From positions 9,701 through 73,700 of the forward strand of contig CALMKH010000048.1 of assembly GCA_937867025.1 (NCBI GenBank): DNA of 64,000 bases. The letters are read 5' to 3'. A model generated the notes under the pieces. That model had not been told where the DNA came from. It searched no databases and worked only from the letters and a program-made list of their open reading frames with translations. A program made the translations under genes and the position numbers. Source of the DNA: an uncultured Bacteroidota bacterium (GTDB lineage: Bacteria; Bacteroidota; Bacteroidia; NS11-12g; UBA955). Of this stretch, positions 8,892 through 17,776 are shown piece after piece; positions within the stretch are counted from its first letter, which is position 1, and every line of letters starts with the position of its first letter.

Positions 8892-10769
8892 TTGAAAATT
8901 AAATTTTACGCCATTGGCCTGGGTTTAATTTTAACGTTTACGCTAAGCCTGTGCAAACAGGCGGCAAAAAAGGATGGTGAAACGCTTGCATTTCTGAATC
9001 ACCATGATACGGTCAGCTACACCGGGGTAAAATCATGCGAGCCTTGTCATTCCGATATATATAAGACCTTTCTTGAAACAGGCATGGGCAAGAGCTTTGA
9101 CGCAGCTTCCCTGAAAAAAACTTCCGGCGATTTCAAAAACGTCAAACCTGTTTATGATGCATACAAGGATATGTATTATCTGCCGTTTTTCAGTAATGAA
9201 ACCCTCTACCTGAAGGAATACCGCCTTGAGGGACATGATACTGTATATTCGAGGACTGAAAAGATATCATATATTGTCGGTTCGGGGCATCACACAAACT
9301 CTCATTTTACAGAAGAGAACGGTTATGTATTCCAGGCTCCCATAACGTTTTATACGCAAAAAGGCCAGTGGGACCTGCCCCCTGGTTTTGAGCAGGGGAA
9401 CAATACGCGTTTCAGCCGCAAGATCGGCATGGAATGCATGAGTTGTCATAATGCATTGCCGGCCTATGTTGAAGGGACGGACAACCGGTATACCCATCTG
9501 CCGCATGGCATCAGTTGCGAACGTTGTCACGGACCGGGCGAACTGCACATACAGGAAATGCAGAAGGGCAAGCCGGTCGCTGGGACGATTGTAAATCCGG
9601 CTAAATTGCCGTGGACAAGACAAATCGATGTTTGCCAGAGGTGTCATTTGCAGGGGAACGCCGTATTGAAACCCGGCAAGGATTTCACCTCTTTCAGACC
9701 AGGGATGAAACTCTCGGAAACATTCGACCAGTTTTCACCGGAATACGCGGGAGGCGAGGATTTTGTGATGGCAGCGCATGCCGAACGCTTCCAGCTGAGC
9801 AAGTGTTTCATAGAAAGTGTCAAGGGGGATCTCAATTCCGCAGATGCCAGAATAGGGTTCACCTGCATCAGTTGCCATGATCCGCATGTCACAGTCAGGA
9901 ATGTCAACAATGAACACTTCAATTCGACCTGCAGGAGCTGCCATGATCAACCGAAGCTGGCAGACTGTTCCGATACCAGGCAACACCTGATGGCTGCGGA
10001 ATATAATTGTGTCAAATGCCATATGCCTTCCTCAGGCACTGTGGATATACCACATGTTTCGGTGCATGACCACTATATAAGAAAACCCCGGCCAAGGGTT
10101 AAAAATACCGGGAAACTGCTCGGACTAAGATGTATCACCAATAAAAATCCTGACAGGTTAACCGAAGCTAAAGCTTACATAACCTATTACGAAAAATTCG
10201 ACCAGAATCCGCTCTACCTTGAAAAGGCAAGGGAGAAAAGCAAATCGCTGGATGAAACAGAGAAAGAACACCTTCAAACACTTGTACATTTATATTATAT
10301 AGGCAGGGAATATAGTAAAATTACCGGCCTCATGAAGGACAAGGATGGTGATCATGATGCCTGGACATGTTACCGCGTCGCCAAGGCATACGAACACGAA
10401 GGAGCTATGGAAAAGGCGGTGGAATGGTTTGAAAAAGTGATAGGGAAGGAACCTGCCAACCTGGATTTTCTTTTGCAGTACAGTGTTATCCTGATCAGAC
10501 AGAAACAGTATAAGAAAGCCGGAGACATGCTTGAGAAACACAACAGGCTGTATTCAAAAAGTGCAGAGGGATGGGCATACCTCGGTATGGTCAAGCTTCA
10601 ACTGAATGAGCTCGCTCTCGCTAAAAAACATTTCCTTAAATCATTAACCCTTGACCCTGATCTGATGGTTGCTTTGCAGAACCTTAAAACGCTGTATGAG
10701 TTTTCGGGCAATACTGAAGAAGTAAACAAACTGGAGAAGCGGATCAGGAAATTAAGCGGCGGCGCTTGA
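8892..10769 (+). CDS. Heptahaem c-type cytochrome fused to C-terminal TPR repeats
   Basis: Seven CxxCH motifs (CEPCH, CMSCH, CERCH, CQRCH, CISCH, CRSCH, CVKCH) in the first ~400 aa. N-terminal hydrophobic signal/anchor. C-terminal ~200 aa of TPR-like helices (AWTCYRVAKAYEHEGAMEKAVEWFEKVI..., GWAYLGMVKLQLNELALAKKHFLKSLTLDP). TTG start; there is no in-frame ATG near the N-terminus. Confidence 0.85.
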   Translation: MKIKFYAIGLGLILTFTLSLCKQAAKKDGETLAFLNHHDTVSYTGVKSCEPCHSDIYKTFLETGMGKSFDAASLKKTSGDFKNVKPVYDAYKDMYYLPFFSNETLYLKEYRLEGHDTVYSRTEKISYIVGSGHHTNSHFTEENGYVFQAPITFYTQKGQWDLPPGFEQGNNTRFSRKIGMECMSCHNALPAYVEGTDNRYTHLPHGISCERCHGPGELHIQEMQKGKPVAGTIVNPAKLPWTRQIDVCQRCHLQGNAVLKPGKDFTSFRPGMKLSETFDQFSPEYAGGEDFVMAAHAERFQLSKCFIESVKGDLNSADARIGFTCISCHDPHVTVRNVNNEHFNSTCRSCHDQPKLADCSDTRQHLMAAEYNCVKCHMPSSGTVDIPHVSVHDHYIRKPRPRVKNTGKLLGLRCITNKNPDRLTEAKAYITYYEKFDQNPLYLEKAREKSKSLDETEKEHLQTLVHLYYIGREYSKITGLMKDKDGDHDAWTCYRVAKAYEHEGAMEKAVEWFEKVIGKEPANLDFLLQYSVILIRQKQYKKAGDMLEKHNRLYSKSAEGWAYLGMVKLQLNELALAKKHFLKSLTLDPDLMVALQNLKTLYEFSGNTEEVNKLEKRIRKLSGGA

Positions 10770-10783
10770 GCGCTTCAGAACAT

Positions 10784-11215
10784 TTAATGCTGTTCAACAA
10801 ACTCCCTGAGGGACTTGCCTATCAGGGCTGTCCAGCCGGCTTCGAAATTCTTGCGTGCAAAATCCGGTTCATCCGCAGGGAATGTCTCCAGTCCTTTATG
10901 TATGAGCCTGAGCCTGGTTTGGTCACCTTCTTCAAACAGTTCAAAGGTAACATAAGACATACCCGGGTACCCGTCATATTTCCAGCTATACGTGAGCTTT
11001 TTCCCGGGGATCACCTCTGTGACTTCGCAAAGATGTAGGTATTGTTTATGTTCCGTACCTCCATAAAATTTAAATGTAAAACCCGGTTCCGGTCTGAATT
11101 CAGCCAGGTCGAAATACCACTCGCTCATGGCCTCCCGATCGGTGATGGCGTGCCACACCTCTGATGCTTTCGCACGATACATGCGTTCAATTGTAAATGC
11201 TGTTTCTGTTTGCAT
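10784..11215 (-). CDS. SRPBCC-superfamily protein (AHSA1 / START-like)
   Basis: 143 aa with RMYRAKASEVWHAITDREAMSEWYF...YSWKYDGYPGMSYVTFELFEEGDQTRLRLIH, typical of the Aha1-domain family. Confidence 0.75.
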   Translation of the reverse strand: MQTETAFTIERMYRAKASEVWHAITDREAMSEWYFDLAEFRPEPGFTFKFYGGTEHKQYLHLCEVTEVIPGKKLTYSWKYDGYPGMSYVTFELFEEGDQTRLRLIHKGLETFPADEPDFARKNFEAGWTALIGKSLREFVEQH

Positions 11216-11243
11216 AATATTAGAGTTGAATTTTTAGTGCCCG

Positions 11244-11271
11244 CAAATATATGTAACTATTTGGTTACATA
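11244..11271 (-). promoter_or_regulatory. Candidate -7 box (TATATTTG on minus strand, 11244-11251) overlapped by an 8-bp-arm palindrome TATGTAAC-N6-GTTACATA (11250-11271)
   Basis: Read directly from the sequence. The palindrome lies 35 nt upstream of the SRPBCC ATG (11215) and abuts or overlaps the -7 box, which is operator-like geometry. Confidence 0.35.
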
Positions 11272-11321
11272 AAAAATAAAATTACAAGCTTGTATTGATT
11301 TGTTTATTTGATTTATTAAGG

Positions 11322-11329
11322 TAATTTTG
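11322..11329 (+). promoter_or_regulatory. Candidate -7 promoter box (TAATTTTG) for nnr
   Basis: Exact TAnnTTTG match with only 7 nt between its G and the ATG at 11337, implying a very short or absent leader. Confidence 0.35.
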
Positions 11330-11336
11330 ATGAGTT

Positions 11337-12869
11337 ATGGCGGGTTTACTTAAAATCTTATCCCCTGAACAGATAAAGGAAGCAGATGAATTTACCATTA
11401 AGCATGAGCCTGTCAGTCCGGTCGATCTGATGGAGCGTGCCGCGGGGAAATGCGTTGAATGGCTGACGGGACACTTCAGCACAGACCGGCATATGGTTAT
11501 ATGTTGCGGTTTGGGCAACAATGGCGGTGATGGCCTCGTAATAGGAAGACGTCTCAAACAGCTGGGTTATAATGTAAGGGTATATATCCTTCGTCACAGC
11601 GAGCAGCTTTCATCCGGTTTCAGTGTAAATGAACAGCGACTCAGAAGAGCGGCAGGGGATTGTGTGACAGATCTGTATAAAGAAGAAGACTTTCCTCGAA
11701 TCTTTAAAGAGGATATTGTTATCGACGCCCTGTTCGGGATTGGCCTTACAAGGCCGCTGGAAGGCTTGCCTGCGAGTTTATGTCACCATATAAACACGTC
11801 AGGTGCGACGATTATTTCGATAGACATGCCTTCGGGATTGTTTGCCAGTGCCCATACCCCTGATATCTCCGCTGTTATCCATGCCTCCTGTACGCTGACC
11901 TTTCAATGTCCCAAGCTTGCTTTTATGTTTCCTGAAAATGAGGAAAGGGTAGGAAAGTGGGTTATACTGGATATAGGTTTATCGCCTGCCTTTATAAAGG
12001 AACTGGATGCGGATGCTTTTTTGCTGTCGCAATCATACATTTCAGGCTTTATAAAACCCAGAAAAAAATTCTCGCATAAGGGAACCTTTGGTCATGCCCT
12101 TCTTATAGCGGGGAAATACGGCAGCATGGGAGCTGCGGTTATGGGCGCCAGGGCTTGTTTGAGGAGCGGTGTGGGCCTGCTGACAGTGCATGTGCCTTCA
12201 TCAGGCGTCAATATTATACAGACGAGCGTTCCTGAAGCCATGGTATCTGCGGATGAGCATGATCAGGAATTTTCATCCCTGCCGGACATTTCGCGATTCA
12301 GAACCATTGGTATAGGGCCCGGCACTGGCACTTCCGTATCTGCTACCAAAGCGTTGGAGCAATTGCTGGACCAATCTCCGGGGCCTATGGTATTGGATGC
12401 AGATGCAATTAATATCATCAGCAGGGACCGCCATTTGATAGGCAAGATCCCGGCAGGGAGCATACTAACGCCTCATCCCGGCGAATTTGAAAGGTTGATC
12501 GGTCAATCCGTCGACAATTTCGAAAGGCACCACTTGCAGAAAAAATTCTCTGCCGATCATGCATTCTACATGTTGCTGAAGGGCGCACATTCCTGCCTTA
12601 CCACACCTGAAGGCAAGTCGTATTTTAATTGTACGGGTAATCCGGGCATGGCCAAAGGGGGCAGCGGAGATGTGCTGACCGGCATCCTTACAGCATTAAT
12701 GGCACAAGGTTATACGTCATTGGAAACAGGTCTTTTGGGCATGTATGTCCACGGCCTGGCCGGCGACCTGGCAAAAGAAAAGACAGGTGAAATATCCATG
12801 ATAGCCTCGGATATTATTGAAGCGTTGCCCGAGGCGTTTATAAGGGTAGCAACTTCGCAGGCTCTCTGA
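11337..12869 (+). CDS. nnr: Bifunctional NAD(P)H-hydrate repair enzyme (epimerase + ADP-dependent dehydratase)
   Basis: YjeF-N motifs (CGLGNNGGDGLV; IDALFGIGL) and a C-terminal carbohydrate-kinase part (HKGTFGHALLIAG..., GMAKGGSGDVLTG). Confidence 0.9.
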   Translation: MAGLLKILSPEQIKEADEFTIKHEPVSPVDLMERAAGKCVEWLTGHFSTDRHMVICCGLGNNGGDGLVIGRRLKQLGYNVRVYILRHSEQLSSGFSVNEQRLRRAAGDCVTDLYKEEDFPRIFKEDIVIDALFGIGLTRPLEGLPASLCHHINTSGATIISIDMPSGLFASAHTPDISAVIHASCTLTFQCPKLAFMFPENEERVGKWVILDIGLSPAFIKELDADAFLLSQSYISGFIKPRKKFSHKGTFGHALLIAGKYGSMGAAVMGARACLRSGVGLLTVHVPSSGVNIIQTSVPEAMVSADEHDQEFSSLPDISRFRTIGIGPGTGTSVSATKALEQLLDQSPGPMVLDADAINIISRDRHLIGKIPAGSILTPHPGEFERLIGQSVDNFERHHLQKKFSADHAFYMLLKGAHSCLTTPEGKSYFNCTGNPGMAKGGSGDVLTGILTALMAQGYTSLETGLLGMYVHGLAGDLAKEKTGEISMIASDIIEALPEAFIRVATSQAL

Positions 12870-12874
12870 CCATT

Positions 12875-15800
12875 TTACCTGTTTATGGCAAGAATAATGG
12901 CTTGTGTCGAACCATCAGTCCTTTTCCATCTGAGTGTATAAACGCCCTGGCTGTAAGCACTGATATCCAGTTGCATTTTATCTTCCAGCAACTGACTGGT
13001 TAGCTCTTTGCCGGATACATCGTACAGCATAACGGTTAAGTTCTCTCCACCAAGGTTTTCGAGGGTAACGGAATTAATGGCGGGATTCGGATATACCTTA
13101 ATTAATGGGGCAAATTGTTCATTTATTCCAACCTTTTCATGCACGAACGGATCGGAACCCGTCTCACAACCTTCCGAAGTAACTGCTGTCGCCGTGTAAG
13201 TGCCGCTTTCCGCGTCCGATAGTGTATTGCCTGTCTGACTGAGGAGCATGCCATCACGATACCATTTCACGGTTCCTGTATGAGCAATGCTCAGAGTGTT
13301 CTTATTCTGCACGACAACCGGTTTGGAAGGCAATGGATTGACAATAACCATCAGGGTGTCGCTTGTGCCGATGCAACCGTTGTCGCCGTTGCCTGAAACG
13401 GAGAAAACAGACATGCCGGAAAGCTTTACGTTCATTGATGAGTCCTTTGTCTGGTTCAGGATAATGTTCGCGTTGTTAAAATATGTGTAAAAAATGCCGC
13501 CGCTTGCTTTAAGAACAATGTCTTCGCCGGCACAATACCTGCTTTTCCGTGCGGGGATATATGCGCCGACCGGGGGCAGTTTCAAGACGTTCAGCATGAG
13601 ATCAGTGGTGTCTGTACAAAGGTTTACCAGATCCCTGGCGACTACGACTATTTTGTCCCCTTCATTGAGTTCGAGATTATATTTTTTTGTTGAATTGAAA
13701 TCACTGAGCTGTGTTCCGTTCTTCAATAGTTTATAAGTATAGCCATTGTTCATGATTTCCAATCTTAAGGTATCCTTGCTGCAGAGGCTGTAATTATTCA
13801 GATTGGAGCTGATGATCAGTCTTGGTTTGATCAGGGACTGGAAATCAACCACTCCGGATCCGGGTACACTGACAGTGGCTGGGTTGCTTGTCCTGATCCT
13901 GAGTTTATAGTTGCCGGAAAGGGTTTGAGGTGGGAAGAATACAAAGCTGTCCGAACTGAAAGAAGAGCTTATTGACGTCAGAGTCAGCGGGGAACCGAAA
14001 TCGCCGTTCATATCGGATTGTTCTAGTATGTACGTGTTGCCGCTTCCGATGCTTATATTGCTTTTAAACCTGATAACAGTGGCTTTGCTGCCGCAAATGG
14101 AAGGTGTACTGAGGCCTGTTATCGAGACAGGACTGAGCAATTCCGTACGGGCTTTGTTGGTCTGGATAGGATCTTCAAAATCGAAAAAGATGGATACCCT
14201 GTTATCAAATGCCTGTTCTGTTTTGAAACCCTGCTTCAGGCCGAGGGAGAAATTAAAACTGCCAATGCTCTTGTCGCCTGCCACACCGAAATGCGGCAGC
14301 ATGATATCGTCAAATGTAAAATGGAGAATATTGCCCGTAATGGCTACGTCGCATGGTGCATCGCTCCAGTTGAGTTCGAAGCCGGAAAGGTCGAGGTACC
14401 GGGTATCCACCGTATCCGTAACAACAATACGGGTAGCTGTATCGGTACCTGTGTTCTGGAATCTCACAGTATAAGAAATGCTATGATCATTGACGGTTTT
14501 TATATCCGGATCACTGACAGATTTGTCATTTGGATCATATGGTGCATCAACAATACCACATACTTTATAGGTATTATTCGATTTTACAGAATCATCCGCT
14601 TGCGTGAGGCTGTCAGTCCATACATTGAAGCATATCTTGTCATTTGCATTAAACTTGGAAGCCGAAATGTTATACTTCAGGTCAAAGGAAAGCGATTGTT
14701 TGGGGAATATGGAATCGATGGTAATAGCAGCGGTGCTCCCCGCATTAAATGTGGTTGAACCGAGTTTCATGCTGAAGTTGCTGTTAACTGGAACATATAG
14801 GATCACATTCCGCATGATTTTATTTCCCTTGTTAGTACAATTGACCTTGACATGTGAATCAAACCCTCTTCTCATTCTGCCCATAGATATGTTAACCATT
14901 ATATCACCGAAGTCAGGATTTTCACTAATGCCGAAATCATTCTCCTCATATATGGAATCCTTTGTAACAGTGATGCTCCTGGTTGTTCCCGAAGGACAAT
15001 TCACACTCATATAACCTGGCCTGAAAAAACACCTGAGGGTATATGTTCCGTTCGGAACTTTGAGATAATATATACCTTCAGCATTAGATATTCCGGTATA
15101 TGTATTGCTGTCTGTGGTGACTTTAATACCCTTAAAGACCTGTTCCCCATTATCATACTGGCAATTGGCATTTTCATCCTTGTAAATACGGCCGTAAATG
15201 CCGTTCTTTCTATGCATGCCAAATGCCAGTTTATATGTACTGTCAAATTCAACCGTGAAAGAACTGTCCTTGTTTGACGACGTGTAATAAGGATGGCTGG
15301 CAAGCCCCACTGTTAAAGCCCCAAGGCCGATCATATCCTTGAACTGGCCCTGGCTATTGGTATTGATATAATACGCTGAGGTGCTGTCCTTGAAGCTAAG
15401 TTTTGCCCTTTTAAGGGGCTCCATGCTGTCTTTCAGGCCATTTCTATTATTATCACTAAAGGTGGTAATATCAAGATGACCCACAGAATCGGGAGGCTGA
15501 ACTGTTATAAAGAAGGTTTTGCGCAGATACCCGGGTCTGGGGCAATAATTGTCTTTTACTTCAAGCAAAATAGGAATGGATTTGCTTATATTTTGTAACT
15601 GCAGGTAAACGGAATCGTGCACAGTCCAGCATAATTCTGCGGTTTTGGATGCCGCACCTGAATCTTTGTATCGGAATTCAATGCCTGCAGGTTGATTTAG
15701 TAATTTGATATATGTCGTATCACCGCGGTTACTTTGACTGCCCATTGGTGCAATGGAGTCCCTGGTAACAATATCAATACATTGTTTTTCCCTGGTTTTA

Positions 15801-16780
15801 AAGACATAATTGTCTGCTATGACAACATGGGGAACATGATTTGCAGCGGTGTTGATCTGTTTGACATTAATCTGTATGTCCTTGCATACCCATCCAAGTA
15901 TTTTCCATGTGCCATTAATTTTCCTGTATTCGCTGACCTTGATAGAAATGACTCCCACTTCATCGCATTTTGTAGGAGTGAACACCATATCGCCGTTGAG
16001 TACATTAAAGAAAAATCCTCTGGGAGGCTTCGCATTCGGCAAAGCCCTGCAATTAACAACCCCGGGATTCGGAGGACAATACGGGGTCATAGGAATGGCA
16101 GCATTAAAGTTGGCTGTATAGGTTTCATATGAGCCCGCAGCATTCATTGGTACAACAAGTTCGTAAGCCAATGAATCAAAATCCTCGACATCGAAAGCGC
16201 CAATATTATATTTTAATCCCTGATTGCATCCTATGTAAAGATGACCAGAATTAACGAATTGTGGTGAAGAATTCTGAAAATTGGAATTGCATATATTCAT
16301 CATACTTTCCACGTAAAAATTTCCAGGATTGATGGTTGTAATCGCCCCATTCCTGCAGCATTGTTCCAGTTTAATCCTGATTTCACAGTATCCATTATCC
16401 ACAAACGTTTTGTATGGACTGGTTCCGAAATCAACAATTGCCTTAAATATGTGCAATTCAACACCCTCATCTGAAACCGTCTGATTGGCAGGGCTGCACG
16501 GACCGCTAAGGGTATTACAGACAGGTGTCAGATCTTCTATCGAGGTGCGTGTATAATTAACCGTTACACTTGTATTGTTTCCGGCATCGAACATGCTGAT
16601 TGTGGGCGAGTTAAAAGGTATTCCCCTACAATCTCTGTAAACACTAAATATCAGTTCATATTCCTTTCCACCCAGCCATTTGTAAGTAATCTCTCCGCCC
16701 ATCATATGGCTGGCGAAAAGGCCCGGAAGTGTTAAAATAGAAAAAAGAAAAAGTGCGGTGCTTTTTTTAAAGATATTCAT
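12875..16780 (-). CDS. Giant T9SS-secreted surface protein / adhesin (type-A CTD)
   Basis: I prefer the start MNIFKKSTALFLFSILTLPGLFA (16780); the track start 16813 is an alternative. Cys-rich N-terminal ~400 aa. SdrD-B/CnaB-like units (DNNRNGLKDSMEP...; GRIYKDENANCQYDNGEQ...GTYTL). DUF11-like repeat (ISYTVRFQNTGTDTATRIVVTDTVD). Ig-like modules. C-terminal KVYPNPAINSVTLENL...VMLYDVSGKEL...QGVYTLR sorting domain. Confidence 0.85.
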   Translation of the reverse strand: MNIFKKSTALFLFSILTLPGLFASHMMGGEITYKWLGGKEYELIFSVYRDCRGIPFNSPTISMFDAGNNTSVTVNYTRTSIEDLTPVCNTLSGPCSPANQTVSDEGVELHIFKAIVDFGTSPYKTFVDNGYCEIRIKLEQCCRNGAITTINPGNFYVESMMNICNSNFQNSSPQFVNSGHLYIGCNQGLKYNIGAFDVEDFDSLAYELVVPMNAAGSYETYTANFNAAIPMTPYCPPNPGVVNCRALPNAKPPRGFFFNVLNGDMVFTPTKCDEVGVISIKVSEYRKINGTWKILGWVCKDIQINVKQINTAANHVPHVVIADNYVFKTREKQCIDIVTRDSIAPMGSQSNRGDTTYIKLLNQPAGIEFRYKDSGAASKTAELCWTVHDSVYLQLQNISKSIPILLEVKDNYCPRPGYLRKTFFITVQPPDSVGHLDITTFSDNNRNGLKDSMEPLKRAKLSFKDSTSAYYINTNSQGQFKDMIGLGALTVGLASHPYYTSSNKDSSFTVEFDSTYKLAFGMHRKNGIYGRIYKDENANCQYDNGEQVFKGIKVTTDSNTYTGISNAEGIYYLKVPNGTYTLRCFFRPGYMSVNCPSGTTRSITVTKDSIYEENDFGISENPDFGDIMVNISMGRMRRGFDSHVKVNCTNKGNKIMRNVILYVPVNSNFSMKLGSTTFNAGSTAAITIDSIFPKQSLSFDLKYNISASKFNANDKICFNVWTDSLTQADDSVKSNNTYKVCGIVDAPYDPNDKSVSDPDIKTVNDHSISYTVRFQNTGTDTATRIVVTDTVDTRYLDLSGFELNWSDAPCDVAITGNILHFTFDDIMLPHFGVAGDKSIGSFNFSLGLKQGFKTEQAFDNRVSIFFDFEDPIQTNKARTELLSPVSITGLSTPSICGSKATVIRFKSNISIGSGNTYILEQSDMNGDFGSPLTLTSISSSFSSDSFVFFPPQTLSGNYKLRIRTSNPATVSVPGSGVVDFQSLIKPRLIISSNLNNYSLCSKDTLRLEIMNNGYTYKLLKNGTQLSDFNSTKKYNLELNEGDKIVVVARDLVNLCTDTTDLMLNVLKLPPVGAYIPARKSRYCAGEDIVLKASGGIFYTYFNNANIILNQTKDSSMNVKLSGMSVFSVSGNGDNGCIGTSDTLMVIVNPLPSKPVVVQNKNTLSIAHTGTVKWYRDGMLLSQTGNTLSDAESGTYTATAVTSEGCETGSDPFVHEKVGINEQFAPLIKVYPNPAINSVTLENLGGENLTVMLYDVSGKELTSQLLEDKMQLDISAYSQGVYTLRWKRTDGSTQAIILAINR

Positions 16781-16880
16781 ACGGTTAATTTTGTTGATAG
16801 ACGTTATAAGCACAAAAAATGTGACTATAAGTCTGATTCAAAAATAACTATATTCTTTACTTTATCAGGAAAATTAAGGT

Positions 16881-16911
16881 AATAAAATGGTCAGATGACA
16901 ATAATATCTGA
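16881..16911 (-). terminator. Possible intrinsic terminator for the 16971-17603 gene
   Basis: Inverted repeat TCAGAT-N9-ATCTGA (16891-16911), followed on the minus strand by CCATTTTATT. The stem is short and AT-rich. Confidence 0.3.
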
Positions 16912-16970
16912 TAAAATCGTCTGTATATCAGTCTAATAGCTTATAGAAAAAATCGACTTTTGAAAACCGT

Positions 16971-17603
16971 TTACCAGGTTATGATATGCGTATTCTTGGC
17001 GTTCGGGATCACATTTTCAAGGGTATCACCTATTTCCTGGTCGATAGAATCCTTGTTGATGCCGTAAGTGATCAGCTGGATGGTTTTGTCGTCAATCCGC
17101 GTAAACCTGTAGTTGTTATCTTCGGTACACTGATAGGTAAGACCGTTATACTTTTCCACCCAGTTATCGAGGTATGAATACAGCTTTACCTCATCCCAGC
17201 AGCTCTGTTCTGCCTGAAGGGTCATCATGATTTCATGTTTGCCGTCTCCGTTCAGGTCGCCTATATCCTTAAGCCTGATCCTCTGGCTGTTTTTTTCAAG
17301 GATGGAACCCGGCATCCCGGAAAAAGTGATCAAAGTCTGTTTGCTGTTAGTGTTGTGGACCATGAACGCAGTGTCGGGTATCCCGTCCTTATTTAAATCG
17401 CTGAATGCCACAGATGATATCTCAATGGAATCCTTTTTTTTCGTTTTTTTTGATTTTTTGGCGGAAAAATTGTCATCCGGATTCAGCAGTTCAAGCTTCT
17501 CCGAATCGTTGTTTGCCGCAGCAACAGTAGCTTTATTGTTCTTATGGCATGAACAGAAAGATAAAATCAGGGTCAGAATCGTAAGTGTACGCATTGAATT
17601 CAT
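16971..17603 (-). CDS. Hypothetical secreted protein / lipoprotein with two DxNxDG (FG-GAP / Ca-loop-like) motifs and a Lys-rich linker
   Basis: Signal MNSMRTLTILTLILSFCSC. Linker SAKKSKKTKKKDS. Motifs DLNKDGIPD and DLNGDGKHE. Confidence 0.55.
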   Translation of the reverse strand: MNSMRTLTILTLILSFCSCHKNNKATVAAANNDSEKLELLNPDDNFSAKKSKKTKKKDSIEISSVAFSDLNKDGIPDTAFMVHNTNSKQTLITFSGMPGSILEKNSQRIRLKDIGDLNGDGKHEIMMTLQAEQSCWDEVKLYSYLDNWVEKYNGLTYQCTEDNNYRFTRIDDKTIQLITYGINKDSIDQEIGDTLENVIPNAKNTHIITW

Positions 17604-17776
17604 CGCAAATGTAAAATCAAGTTTTGATTTAACAATAAAAAATTTATATTTTTTTTAACAAGTGTTTATAGTGTGCAAAAAAGTGGACAAAAGGTGATTT
17701 TTGAATAGATTTTATGATGTGTGCGTATCATGTGAAGAGGCAAAAAATTTACAGTGAAATACGCTAATTTCGCGCC

